NCBI GenBank assembly: GCA_045638645.1
Contig: JAZUBU010000015.1
Location: forward strand, 121,646-185,645
DNA length: 64,000 bases
Direction of reading: 5' to 3'
From: Bacteroidales bacterium
GTDB taxonomy: Bacteria > Bacteroidota > Bacteroidia > Bacteroidales > UBA932
Positions 47,248 to 56,497 of the stretch are shown one piece after another (the stretch's first letter is position 1; every line of letters starts with the position of its first letter). The translations under genes were made by a program, and so were the position numbers. Under the pieces are notes generated by a model that was given only the letters and a program-made list of their open reading frames with translations, did no database searches and was not told where the DNA came from.

Positions 47248-47469
47248 ATGTATTGGACACTTGAATTGGCATCCCGCCTGGAGGATGCTCCTTGGCCTGC
47301 TACCAAAGAAGAATTGATTGACTATGCAACCCGCTCCGGAGCACCTCTTGAAGTCATTGAGAACTTGGAAGACCTGGAAGATGACGGTGAAGTTTACGAA
47401 AGCATTGAAGAAATTTGGCCGGACTATCCCAGCAAAGAGGACTTTTTCTTTAACGAAGAAGAGTACTAG
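47248..47469 (+). CDS. DUF2795 domain protein
   Basis: 73 aa. WPATKEELIDYATRSGAPLEVIENLEDL is typical of DUF2795. Confidence 0.7.
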   Translation: MYWTLELASRLEDAPWPATKEELIDYATRSGAPLEVIENLEDLEDDGEVYESIEEIWPDYPSKEDFFFNEEEY

Positions 47470-47506
47470 TAGCGGTACTGCTTGGATTTTAATATAGATA
47501 TACAAG

Positions 47507-47536
47507 ACAAGGGCGACCCAACCGGATCGCCCTTGT
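47507..47536. terminator. hairpin between the convergent DUF2795 gene and fucP (possible bidirectional terminator)
   Basis: 10-bp stem ACAAGGGCGA / TCGCCCTTGT with a 10-nt loop. Confidence 0.65.
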
Positions 47537-47541
47537 TGTAT

Positions 47542-48837
47542 TTATGCCCGTCCCCGTAGTTTGCGGTGTGATCGGAAACCGTAAAGGGTTACGATGGCAA
47601 AACAGAGCAAGGGCAGGACGAAGGAAACATTGACGGCCGGGTGGTGCAGGATTTCTTGCTTGTCAATGATCAGTCCTTGCAGGGGAGGCATGACCGCACC
47701 GCCCACGATGGCCATCACCAGGAAAGCGGCTCCCAAGGAGGTATCTTGCTGCTCCACATTTTCCAAAGCGATGCCGTAGATGGTCGGAAACATCAGGGAC
47801 ATGAAAGCTGAAATGCCCACCAGGCAATACAGTCCCATGCGGCCGACAAGGGCAATCGTTCCCAACGAGCAGAGCATGGCCCCAAAGCCAAAGAGGGTCA
47901 AAAGCAACCGCGTGTTGAAGAACCGCATCAGGAAGGTACAAACGAAGCGTCCTCCTAAAAACAGGCACATGGCGATGATGTTGAAATTCTGGGCGGTGGC
48001 TTTGTTGATACCCAGGTTGTCGGCGTAGTGGATGATGTAAGTCCAGACCATGATTTGTGCTGCAACGTAGAATACTTGCGTCACAACGCCCTCGCGGTAA
48101 ACGCTGTTGTTCCACAGGCGTTTTAACGTATTTCTTGCCCTGTCTTGCCGGTTCGTATCGGTGGCGGCAGGCATTTTTTTCAAAGCAATGACCAGGAGAA
48201 TGATCAGGACAACGATGCCCAGAATCACATAGGGATCCCGGATGACCGCGAGGTCGTGCAGGCGGATGTCGGCTTTTTCTGCCTCACTGAGCGTGTGGAA
48301 GAAGGTTTCTCCCGCAGCGTTCCGCCGGTCCGACCAGAGCGAAGGAAGAACAATGGTGGAGGCTACCCCCATACCGAGCAGGGAACCCAACGGGTTGAAG
48401 GCTTGCGCCAGGTTGAGGCGTTGGGTAGCCGTTTCTTTGGAGCCCAACGAGAGAATGAACGGGTTTGCCGTGGTTTCCAGAAATGCCAGTCCAAAGGTGA
48501 GGATGTACAAAGACAGGCAGAAAAACAGGAAATTCTGCATCAAGGCTGCAGGAATGAACAGAAATGCCCCGATGGCATACAAACCCAGCCCCAGGAGGAT
48601 GCCGCTTTTATAATTGAATCGCCGTATAAACATCGCGGCGGGAATGGCCATGGTGGCGTAGCCTCCGTAGAAAGCGAATTGTACCCACGAGGCCTCGAAG
48701 GTGGATAGTTCCATGATGGTTTGGAAGGCCGCCACCATCGGGTTGGTGATGTCGTTGGCAAAGCCCCAAAGTGCAAACAACGAGGTGATGAGGATGAAGG
48801 TAATCAGGTATTTCTTTTCAACCAGTCTGTTTTTCAT
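47542..48837 (-). CDS. fucP: L-fucose:H+ symporter (MFS)
   Basis: 431 aa. 12-TM MFS protein with the FucP-type N-terminus FILITSLFALWGFANDITNPMV. Last gene of the fuc operon. Confidence 0.85.
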   Translation of the reverse strand: MKNRLVEKKYLITFILITSLFALWGFANDITNPMVAAFQTIMELSTFEASWVQFAFYGGYATMAIPAAMFIRRFNYKSGILLGLGLYAIGAFLFIPAALMQNFLFFCLSLYILTFGLAFLETTANPFILSLGSKETATQRLNLAQAFNPLGSLLGMGVASTIVLPSLWSDRRNAAGETFFHTLSEAEKADIRLHDLAVIRDPYVILGIVVLIILLVIALKKMPAATDTNRQDRARNTLKRLWNNSVYREGVVTQVFYVAAQIMVWTYIIHYADNLGINKATAQNFNIIAMCLFLGGRFVCTFLMRFFNTRLLLTLFGFGAMLCSLGTIALVGRMGLYCLVGISAFMSLMFPTIYGIALENVEQQDTSLGAAFLVMAIVGGAVMPPLQGLIIDKQEILHHPAVNVSFVLPLLCFAIVTLYGFRSHRKLRGRA

Positions 48838-50261
48838 GATTGGGCGGTTTTGGGAGTAAATAGTAGGAGATTGACGCTGTTTCTTACCACGTTCCGCAGG
48901 TCCTTCAAATCGGTCACTTCGCCGGCGGCCATGGCTTGTACCAGGATGTTGCCCATGGCGGTTGCCTCAACAGGGCCGGCCGAAACCGGGAGGTTCAGGG
49001 CATCTGCGGTGAGTTGGTTGAGCAGGGTGTTTTGTGAACCGCCTCCGATGATGTGCAACCGGCGGGGAGGATCGGGTAGAATGGATTTTAACCCCTCAAC
49101 GGCTTCTTTGTATTGGCTGGCCAGAGATTCCAGGACACATCGGGTCATCTCGGCCGGGGTATTCGGTTCCGGTTGTCCGGATTGCTGGCAGTAATCCCGG
49201 ATGGCTGTTTCCATGGATGTCGGATTCATGAAAGCCGGGTCCGTTACGGGAATTCTGCAACGGACTTCGGCCGCTGCAGCTGCGGGAATCAAGGTGTCGA
49301 AATGTTGTTCTTCCCCGCGTTCTTTCCATTCTTCCATCAGGCGTTGTAAAATCCACAATCCGGTGATGTTTTGCAAGAAACGGATGCCTCCTCTCACGGC
49401 CCCTTCGTTGGTGAATCCTGCCTGACGGGCCTCTTCGGTAAGGATCGGCTCGGGTAATTCAACCCCCAAAAGGGACCAGGTTCCGGAACTGAGGAAGGTA
49501 ACGGGACCGTCTTCTGTCGTAGCAGGGACGGCTGCCAGGGCAGAGGCGGTATCGTGAGAACCTACGGCAATCACGGGGATGGGACCCAGTCCTGTTTCTT
49601 CGGCGATTTCCGGTCGCAGGAATCCTCGTACAGTTCCGGGCATAACAATCTCTCCAAAGAGGTGCTCCGGCAGTTCCAGGGTCCGGATGGTTTCCCAGGA
49701 CCAGTTCCGTTTGCGGGCATCCAGGAGCTCGGAGGTGGAGGCGATGCTGTATTCGTTGTTTGCGTTACCGGTGAGGAAGTAGCTGAACAGGTCCGGCATG
49801 AACAGCAGCCGATGGGCCGCTTCCAACTGGGCGCTCCCTTTCATGCTGAACAACTGAGACAAGGTGTTGATTTCCATGACTTGGATGCCGGTCGTGGCGT
49901 AGTGGGCCTGCGGATCGAGGATCGTGGCCACTTTCTCTGGAATTCCGGCAGTCCGGTTGTCCCGGTAGCATACGGGATTGCCCAACAACTTGCCGTCCCG
50001 GTCGATGAGTCCGAAATCAACCCCCCATGTATCTACTGCCAGACTGGCTACGGGGTAGCCCAGGGCTTTGGCCTTCTTGAGTCCGTTGACCAATTCATCA
50101 AAGAGTGCCGGGAAATCCCAGTAGAGGGTGTCTCCCAGTTGGATCTGCCGGTTACCGAAACGGTGAATTTCTTTCATGTGGAGGTGGCCGTTTTCCAGCC
50201 ACCCCGCCATGATGCGTCCGCTACCACCGCCAAAATCGGCGGCAAGATATACTTTGTCCAT
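48834..50261 (-). CDS. fucK: FGGY-family kinase (rhamnulokinase-like; L-fuculokinase by context)
   Basis: 475 aa. Contains LAADFGGGSGRIMAG and the C-terminal IIGGGSQNTLLNQLTADA. It sits between fucA and fucP, the same order as in the Bacteroides fucIAKP operon. Confidence 0.8.
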   Translation of the reverse strand: MDKVYLAADFGGGSGRIMAGWLENGHLHMKEIHRFGNRQIQLGDTLYWDFPALFDELVNGLKKAKALGYPVASLAVDTWGVDFGLIDRDGKLLGNPVCYRDNRTAGIPEKVATILDPQAHYATTGIQVMEINTLSQLFSMKGSAQLEAAHRLLFMPDLFSYFLTGNANNEYSIASTSELLDARKRNWSWETIRTLELPEHLFGEIVMPGTVRGFLRPEIAEETGLGPIPVIAVGSHDTASALAAVPATTEDGPVTFLSSGTWSLLGVELPEPILTEEARQAGFTNEGAVRGGIRFLQNITGLWILQRLMEEWKERGEEQHFDTLIPAAAAAEVRCRIPVTDPAFMNPTSMETAIRDYCQQSGQPEPNTPAEMTRCVLESLASQYKEAVEGLKSILPDPPRRLHIIGGGSQNTLLNQLTADALNLPVSAGPVEATAMGNILVQAMAAGEVTDLKDLRNVVRNSVNLLLFTPKTAQS

Positions 50262-50278
50262 GGGGCTTCTTGATCAAT

Positions 50279-50923
50279 TTACTTGAGGGGTGTTTTCTTG
50301 CCAAGGACGTAGATGTCCAACTCTTCAATCTCTTTTGGGGTGAGGACGGTATAATTTCCACCGCTTTGGATGATGATTCTGCAAGCCATCTCAAAGAACA
50401 TGGCCCGTTCAAAGGCCTGGTCAAAATCTTTTCCGCAGACTACCTGGCCGTGGTTGGTCAGCAGAATCGAGTTGTGTTCCTGCATGGCTTCGACGACGGC
50501 GGAAGCCAATTCCGCAGATCCCGGACGGAGGTAGGGAATCACCGGAATTTCACGTCCTACATGACAAGGAACCTCAGCCGTTACATTGAAGTTACCAGGC
50601 TTCTCTTTCATGCAGGAAACGGCTGTGGCATAGGGAGATTGGAAATGAAGTACAACGTTCACATCGGGACGGTTGCGCAGCACGCCCAGGTGAAAACCAC
50701 TTTCCATAGAGGGCTTTACCCCGTTGAGTACTTCTCCCGTAGCGACAAGGCAACGGGAGATCTTCTCTTTTTGGATGGTCGGAACCCACGAACCGGTACC
50801 GGAAATCAGCGCCTCCTCTCCGATTCGCCACGACAGATTGCCACTGCTGCAGACGGTCAATCCGGCATCCCCGACACGGTGTGCCTGGCGGATGAATTCT
50901 TCAAAATGCAGATGGGTGATCAT
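50279..50923 (-). CDS. fucA: class II aldolase (L-fuculose-phosphate aldolase by context)
   Basis: 214 aa. Class II aldolase/adducin motifs GNLSWR and HFQSPYATA. Confidence 0.8.
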   Translation of the reverse strand: MITHLHFEEFIRQAHRVGDAGLTVCSSGNLSWRIGEEALISGTGSWVPTIQKEKISRCLVATGEVLNGVKPSMESGFHLGVLRNRPDVNVVLHFQSPYATAVSCMKEKPGNFNVTAEVPCHVGREIPVIPYLRPGSAELASAVVEAMQEHNSILLTNHGQVVCGKDFDQAFERAMFFEMACRIIIQSGGNYTVLTPKEIEELDIYVLGKKTPLK

Positions 50924-50929
50924 AGGGTT

Positions 50930-52705
50930 CTATTTGTAGATGGGTCCATAATTTTGGCAGGCACGGAAGTCGGCACCTTCTTTGTCCATACCGAATGCAT
51001 TCCATGCAGCCGGACGGAAAATCTTTTCTTCCGGAACGTTGTGCATGCAAACCGGGATACGGAGCATGGAGGCCAGGGTAATCAGGTCGGCTCCGATGTG
51101 GCCGTAACTGATGGCACCGTGGTTGGCACCCCAGTTGTTCATGACTGAATACACGTCTTTGAAGGGTGCTTTGGTCGCATCAAGACGGGGTACAAACCAA
51201 GTCGTCGGCCAGGTAGGGTCGGTACGCATGTTGAGAACCTGGTGGATTTCCGGATCAATGTCTGCAGTCCAACCTTCGGCAATCTGCAGCACCGGTCCCA
51301 GTCCTTTGATCAGATTCAACCGGCTCATGGTCACGGGCATGCCTCCTTTGGAGAGGAAGTTGCTGGAGAACCCGCCGCCGCGGAAGTAGTCGCGGTCTGC
51401 CGGCATCCAGTTCGTGTTTTTCAAACATCCTTCCACATCGGCAGGGGTCATCTCCCATGCTGGTTTCATGCAAGGTTCGCCGGCTGCATTGGTGCTGGCT
51501 CCGGTTGCATCCAGGGTTGTGGCTCCGGAGTTGATCAAGTGAATCATTCCGCCGGCAGCCAGGCCGCTGAGTTCTTTGCCGGTCACCCGTTTTACCGCTT
51601 CGGGGCTCCAGTAGGTGCGTACATCCGAGAACATCTGTCCGCAACCGGTGAGCAGTTTTCCGAAGAGCATGGCGACACCGTTGCAGGCATCGTTTTCAGT
51701 AGCCAATACATACGCTTCCCGGATACCGTTCCAGTCAAAGGTGCTGCACAACAAGGCTTCGGTAAAGTCTCCGTTCGGTTTCCAGTCGGTCCATTGGCGT
51801 TGTCCTTGGAATCCGGCAGCAATGGCATTGTGGCCAATGGCTTCTTCTTTGAATCCCAATTCGCGCAGGCGCGGGTTGCCGGTCATCAGATCGCGTACAA
51901 TCAGGGTCATTTTTACAACAAATTCCCAATCGGCATCTTTTCCTTTGCGGTCCTTTTGTTTTTCAGGACGGTTCTTGTCCCAACCTTCGTTGACTTTGCA
52001 GTAGGTTTCGGTCCAGGCCATGGCTTTTTCGTATTCTTCGTGATCGTAGATGCCTTCGTCCATCCGGCGAAGGATTTCGGTTTCATCGACGCTTTCGTTG
52101 CGCATGCCGAGGTATTCCTGGAAGAAGTCCTGATCAACGATACTGCCTGCGATTCCCATGCATTGGCTACCGATGGACAGATAGCTTTCGCCCCGCATGG
52201 TGGCTACGGCCAAAGCGGCTCTGGCCCAGCGGAGGATTTTTTCTGCAACATCTTCGGGAATGCTGTTGTCGGTCAGATCCTGAACATCGTGACCGTAGAT
52301 GCCAAAGGCAGGAAGACCCTTTTGAGCATGGCCCGCCAGAACAGCCGCCAAGTACACGGCTCCGGGACGTTCGGTTCCATTGAATCCCCATACGGCTTTG
52401 GGCCAGTGCGGGTGCATGTCCATGGTTTCAGAACCATAGCACCAGCAGGAGGTGACCGAAATGGTAGCACCTACGCCTTCCCGTTCAAATTTGGCCTGAC
52501 ATGCAGCGGTTTCTGCTACCCGTCCGATGGTGCTGTCGGCGATGATACATTCGACCGGTGTTCCGTCGGCATGTTTGACATGGGTTGAAATCAATTCGGC
52601 AACAGCTTTTGCCAGATTCATGGTCTTTTCTTCAAGGCTTTCACGCACACCACCTTGACGGCCGTCAATGGTAGGACGGATACCAATTTTGGGATATTTG
52701 CTCAT
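50930..52705 (-). CDS. fucI: L-fucose isomerase
   Basis: 591 aa. Starts [25 protein letters not shown] and shows full-length FucI-type conservation. Confidence 0.95.
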   Translation of the reverse strand: MSKYPKIGIRPTIDGRQGGVRESLEEKTMNLAKAVAELISTHVKHADGTPVECIIADSTIGRVAETAACQAKFEREGVGATISVTSCWCYGSETMDMHPHWPKAVWGFNGTERPGAVYLAAVLAGHAQKGLPAFGIYGHDVQDLTDNSIPEDVAEKILRWARAALAVATMRGESYLSIGSQCMGIAGSIVDQDFFQEYLGMRNESVDETEILRRMDEGIYDHEEYEKAMAWTETYCKVNEGWDKNRPEKQKDRKGKDADWEFVVKMTLIVRDLMTGNPRLRELGFKEEAIGHNAIAAGFQGQRQWTDWKPNGDFTEALLCSTFDWNGIREAYVLATENDACNGVAMLFGKLLTGCGQMFSDVRTYWSPEAVKRVTGKELSGLAAGGMIHLINSGATTLDATGASTNAAGEPCMKPAWEMTPADVEGCLKNTNWMPADRDYFRGGGFSSNFLSKGGMPVTMSRLNLIKGLGPVLQIAEGWTADIDPEIHQVLNMRTDPTWPTTWFVPRLDATKAPFKDVYSVMNNWGANHGAISYGHIGADLITLASMLRIPVCMHNVPEEKIFRPAAWNAFGMDKEGADFRACQNYGPIYK

Positions 52706-52794
52706 GATGAATGTTATTTATAGTAATACAATATCGGTTTGGTAAAACATCGCAAGTTAATATATTTTGGAAAACAGCCCTAAAAAACGGGTTG

Positions 52795-52819
52795 AAATCT
52801 TCTGGGCAAAGGAAGATTT
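52795..52819. promoter_or_regulatory. inverted repeat AAATCTTC-N9-GAAGATTT upstream of fucI
   Basis: Perfect 8-bp arms, about 90-115 nt upstream of the fucI start at 52705. Confidence 0.4.
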
Positions 52820-52998
52820 TGCACTATGATGAAATACTCCTATCTTTACATCCGCAATTGGATTAACAAACCCGAAGACATATTTGTATCAGAAGGATGC
52901 AAGCCTGAAATTGACAAGTTTCTTGTCGGTTTCCGTGTTGTTGTATCCATAGGGTTGTGTCAAAAAATAGAAAAAACGTAAAAAATAATCTGATAACT

Positions 52999-55900
52999 AT
53001 GAAAAAAATGGTGTGCCGTGCACTTTGTGCGGCATGGCTTTGTTTAGCCGCCTGTTGCTTGTCTGTTTCGTGTGTGAACGATGAGTATGTGATTTCCGAA
53101 GACGACATCAATTTGGAAGTCAATGTGTTTCAGGATGGAGTGGTAATTCCTGTCGGAACGACCGCCCGCATGCAGTTGAAAGACCTGCTGGATCAGTTGG
53201 ACGAGAAATATCGTAAATATCTCGGGTCAGATTCGGAAGGTTTTTATTCCGTTTTCTACAAAGATTCTTTGGATTTTTCAGATTCCCTGGCAGCCTTGAA
53301 GGAAATGGTCCTGATTGAGGCCATTGATTTTTCGGAGGATTTTGCATTCAGTCTGGAGAATGTGGATGTTTCCGAGGTCAAGGTGGATGCCATCCACTAT
53401 GAATACGAGGAACGTTTGGCAGATTCGTTCTCTGCACCGGAACTCCCTTCGGTGGACGTGGCGGAGGGAATGGTCTATGCGCTGGGAATGGATCAGTACG
53501 GGCTTTCGGCCGAGGACCGCACGTTGGCGTTGGATTCCTTCCACTATGAAGATGCAGTGGTTTCTGTTCCGGAGGATTTGACGATTCCCTCTTACCTGTT
53601 GAGCGATACCGAGATTCCGTTGAGCCAGCTGGCTGAACTCCTCGGATCCGGTTTTGTTTTGGCGGATTCGTTCGAAGAGTCCACGGATGTGAACGTCCGG
53701 ATGATGTTGCCGGAAGGGATTACCCACGTTGAAGAGGTGACTTTGGCGGAAGAGGCCCGGATCCGTGTGAGCATTGGAATGAGCCGTTCGTTGTTCACCT
53801 CGGGTAGTGTCAATCCCCACATGGATTTTGATTTGACGGATTTGTTCGGTGAGCATATTCAGATGGATTTCGAAATGCCGGCTGCAGGTGGAGAGGTGGT
53901 GAAAGAGTATCCTGTGCACTCCTTCCTTTTCCGTGAGGAGGATTGGTCAGAGGATGCAAACGGATCCCTCATTTTGAACAAAGATCTGCATGTTGAGGTT
54001 TTGGGTCGTCCGGTTTACACCGATTTGAAGACGACCACCCGTCATTTGGATCAACTCATGCGAGCCGGCCAGACCATCAGCCCGATTGAGGTGCTGGTGG
54101 AATTCGTGGATTTTGAAGTAGAAAATGTTCGTGCCGGAATCAAGCCGGTAGAAGTAGAATACGAAGAGCAGCTGGACTTGAATTTAGGAGAGATTGTTTT
54201 GCCGGAAGGCGTAGCGGAGATTGATTACGTTGAATTCTCGCAGCAATCGGTCCTGGATTTCTCCGTTGCTGTCCAAAACCTTTCCAAATTGGAAGGACTG
54301 CAGGTGGAACTGGAAACCCTGGAAATTGAATTTCCGACCGGTATGCAGGTGCAAGGGGCTCGGGACAGTAAGTTGTCGTACACGGCCATTGATCTGGCTC
54401 AGGGTTTCGCCGGTTCCATCCGGGTGGAACGTTATGTGTTGCCGGAACCCGTTGATGGAACGATTGCCTTGGAAGGTCAGGTGGTTTTTCGAGCCAAGGC
54501 CCGTGCTGAGGGAAAGGTCAATACCGAGGATTTGCCTACTATCGAGGCGGACGATCTGAAACTGGAGGTCCATGTGGATGGTTCCTTGGAGGTGGATGAC
54601 TACAGCGCCTACATCGATGCCATTGAGTACCCGATCGAAGTTTCTGAGCATATGGAAGTGGAAGTACCGGAAGAACTCAAGGACCTGGAACGTGTACTCG
54701 TATATCCGCAGGGCGATCCGGTCATTGAAATCAACATCCAAATTCCGGAGACCGATTTGGAAATTGGTCCCATGAAAGAAGGCGTGATCATTAGCCTCCC
54801 GTCGATGTTGCAGTTGAAAGATGTGCCCCAAGCCTATCATTACGACCCCACCACCCATCGCATGACTTTCACCGACGAGATTCCTTCGGAGATCCGACTG
54901 CCCATTGACTGCCTGGTTCTGGAGCCTGTTCTGAAGGGAGAGGTCTATGTGATCGAGGGGGATATCAAAGTAGAAGGAACCGTGGGTGTTGCTGCTGGAG
55001 AGGTGCGTAGGGCCGATCTGGATGCCCTATTGGCCGATGATGCAACCATCCGCTTTGAGGCGAAGGTGCCGGAACTGCGTCCGGATGTGCTGGCCTTGGA
55101 TCAATATGTCAGCACCTTGGAACACGAAGAGGAAATCACCTTGCTGGAGCCGGGGCAATTGCCGGAAGAGGTCCTCTCTGTGGGTCGGATTGAATTGGAA
55201 GAGGTCTATGCCAACCTTACGCTGGATGCCTCTGCCTTGCCGGAACTTGGGGATGCTACCTTGACCTTGGACTTCAAGGTGGGCTTGCCGGAACTCCTGA
55301 TCCTGGAGGATGGAGTTCGGGATGAAGAAGGCTTCCTGCGTATTCACAGCACGTTGGATCAGGACGGAAAGATTGTGGTGGATCCCATTCATATTGTCGC
55401 GTTGGATCTTTCGGGTATCAATCTCCATGCGGAGGAAGCGTTGAAAGAGAAGGTGGTGGTGGAAGGAACCTTCCAGCTCTCGGATGCCTCCATTCAGGTT
55501 GAGGACTGGTTGAATCAGGAACATACGGTTTCTTTGGATGCTTCTATCCAGGGAAGTGGCGAAGATCGTACCATTACCATTTCGAAATTGACGGGACGGG
55601 TGGATTACCAAATGGATACGCTGACCCAATCGGTGGATCTGACATCCTTGACTTCAAAACTCGAAACCGAGAACATGGAGGCCATTCTTGATCTGGAACA
55701 CGTCCATCTGACCGTGGATCTGGAAACTAATTTGGGCGTATCGGCCATCGCGAAGGCGGAAATCGTACCGTATCGTCATGGAGAGGCAGGTGAAGCCGTG
55801 GTGGTGGACCTTCGCGTAGAAGGAGCCGAATCGGCAGACCAACCGAAGCATACCCGTTTCTGGTTGGGCCAAGGCTGCTGTCCGGAAGGATATCAATTTG

Positions 55901-56493
55901 TGCAAATCCCCATCCTGGATATGATTCGCAATACTCCCGACAGCTTGTGTGTGCAAATCAGTGCCGGAACCGATGCTTCATCGGATATCGTGATTGAACC
56001 CAAGGCCGATTACATCCTGCGAGGCGAGTGTGCCCTGGAAGTGCCCCTGCAGTTGGGAGAGGACTTCCGTTTTGAATTCTGCGATACCTTGACGGGAATT
56101 CCGGCGATGATCAGTACCATCCTGCGTGCGGGCAGTCTGTCTTTGATCGGTCAGGTAGAGAGCAGTTTGCCGCTGAACCTCGATCTGTCCGTGACCTTGC
56201 TGGATGAGCACAATGAAATCATTGAACTGGCAGAAAATTCAGGTTGTCAATTCATTCAGGGGGGTAATGGAAAGGATGTGACGGTGACAGACTTGAACTT
56301 CCTGTTGGCGATCGGACAGGGCCAGCAGATTCCGGACATTGCTGCCGTGAAGTTGAATTTCGTGGCGACCTCAACAAGTCCCAGTGCTCCGCTGAACGAA
56401 GAAACGAGCATTCGGGCGGTACTGCAGGCTTTGGTGCCGGAAGGTATCCATGTGGATTTAAGAGATTTTATGATCGAAGAAGAGGAGGAGTAA
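52999..56493 (+). CDS. giant acidic hypothetical lipoprotein (predicted surface exposed)
   Basis: 1164 aa from ATG 52999. Signal peptide and lipobox CLSVS|C followed by VNDEYVISEDD. E/D/V/L-rich with beta-strand-like periodicity. Ends in EEEEE. No recognisable domain. Confidence 0.7.
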   Translation: MKKMVCRALCAAWLCLAACCLSVSCVNDEYVISEDDINLEVNVFQDGVVIPVGTTARMQLKDLLDQLDEKYRKYLGSDSEGFYSVFYKDSLDFSDSLAALKEMVLIEAIDFSEDFAFSLENVDVSEVKVDAIHYEYEERLADSFSAPELPSVDVAEGMVYALGMDQYGLSAEDRTLALDSFHYEDAVVSVPEDLTIPSYLLSDTEIPLSQLAELLGSGFVLADSFEESTDVNVRMMLPEGITHVEEVTLAEEARIRVSIGMSRSLFTSGSVNPHMDFDLTDLFGEHIQMDFEMPAAGGEVVKEYPVHSFLFREEDWSEDANGSLILNKDLHVEVLGRPVYTDLKTTTRHLDQLMRAGQTISPIEVLVEFVDFEVENVRAGIKPVEVEYEEQLDLNLGEIVLPEGVAEIDYVEFSQQSVLDFSVAVQNLSKLEGLQVELETLEIEFPTGMQVQGARDSKLSYTAIDLAQGFAGSIRVERYVLPEPVDGTIALEGQVVFRAKARAEGKVNTEDLPTIEADDLKLEVHVDGSLEVDDYSAYIDAIEYPIEVSEHMEVEVPEELKDLERVLVYPQGDPVIEINIQIPETDLEIGPMKEGVIISLPSMLQLKDVPQAYHYDPTTHRMTFTDEIPSEIRLPIDCLVLEPVLKGEVYVIEGDIKVEGTVGVAAGEVRRADLDALLADDATIRFEAKVPELRPDVLALDQYVSTLEHEEEITLLEPGQLPEEVLSVGRIELEEVYANLTLDASALPELGDATLTLDFKVGLPELLILEDGVRDEEGFLRIHSTLDQDGKIVVDPIHIVALDLSGINLHAEEALKEKVVVEGTFQLSDASIQVEDWLNQEHTVSLDASIQGSGEDRTITISKLTGRVDYQMDTLTQSVDLTSLTSKLETENMEAILDLEHVHLTVDLETNLGVSAIAKAEIVPYRHGEAGEAVVVDLRVEGAESADQPKHTRFWLGQGCCPEGYQFVQIPILDMIRNTPDSLCVQISAGTDASSDIVIEPKADYILRGECALEVPLQLGEDFRFEFCDTLTGIPAMISTILRAGSLSLIGQVESSLPLNLDLSVTLLDEHNEIIELAENSGCQFIQGGNGKDVTVTDLNFLLAIGQGQQIPDIAAVKLNFVATSTSPSAPLNEETSIRAVLQALVPEGIHVDLRDFMIEEEEE

Positions 56494-56497
56494 TCAG

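Noticed and set aside
51242-52588. 448-aa plus-strand ORF opposite fucI
   Set aside because: Antisense shadow ORF of a highly conserved isomerase gene.
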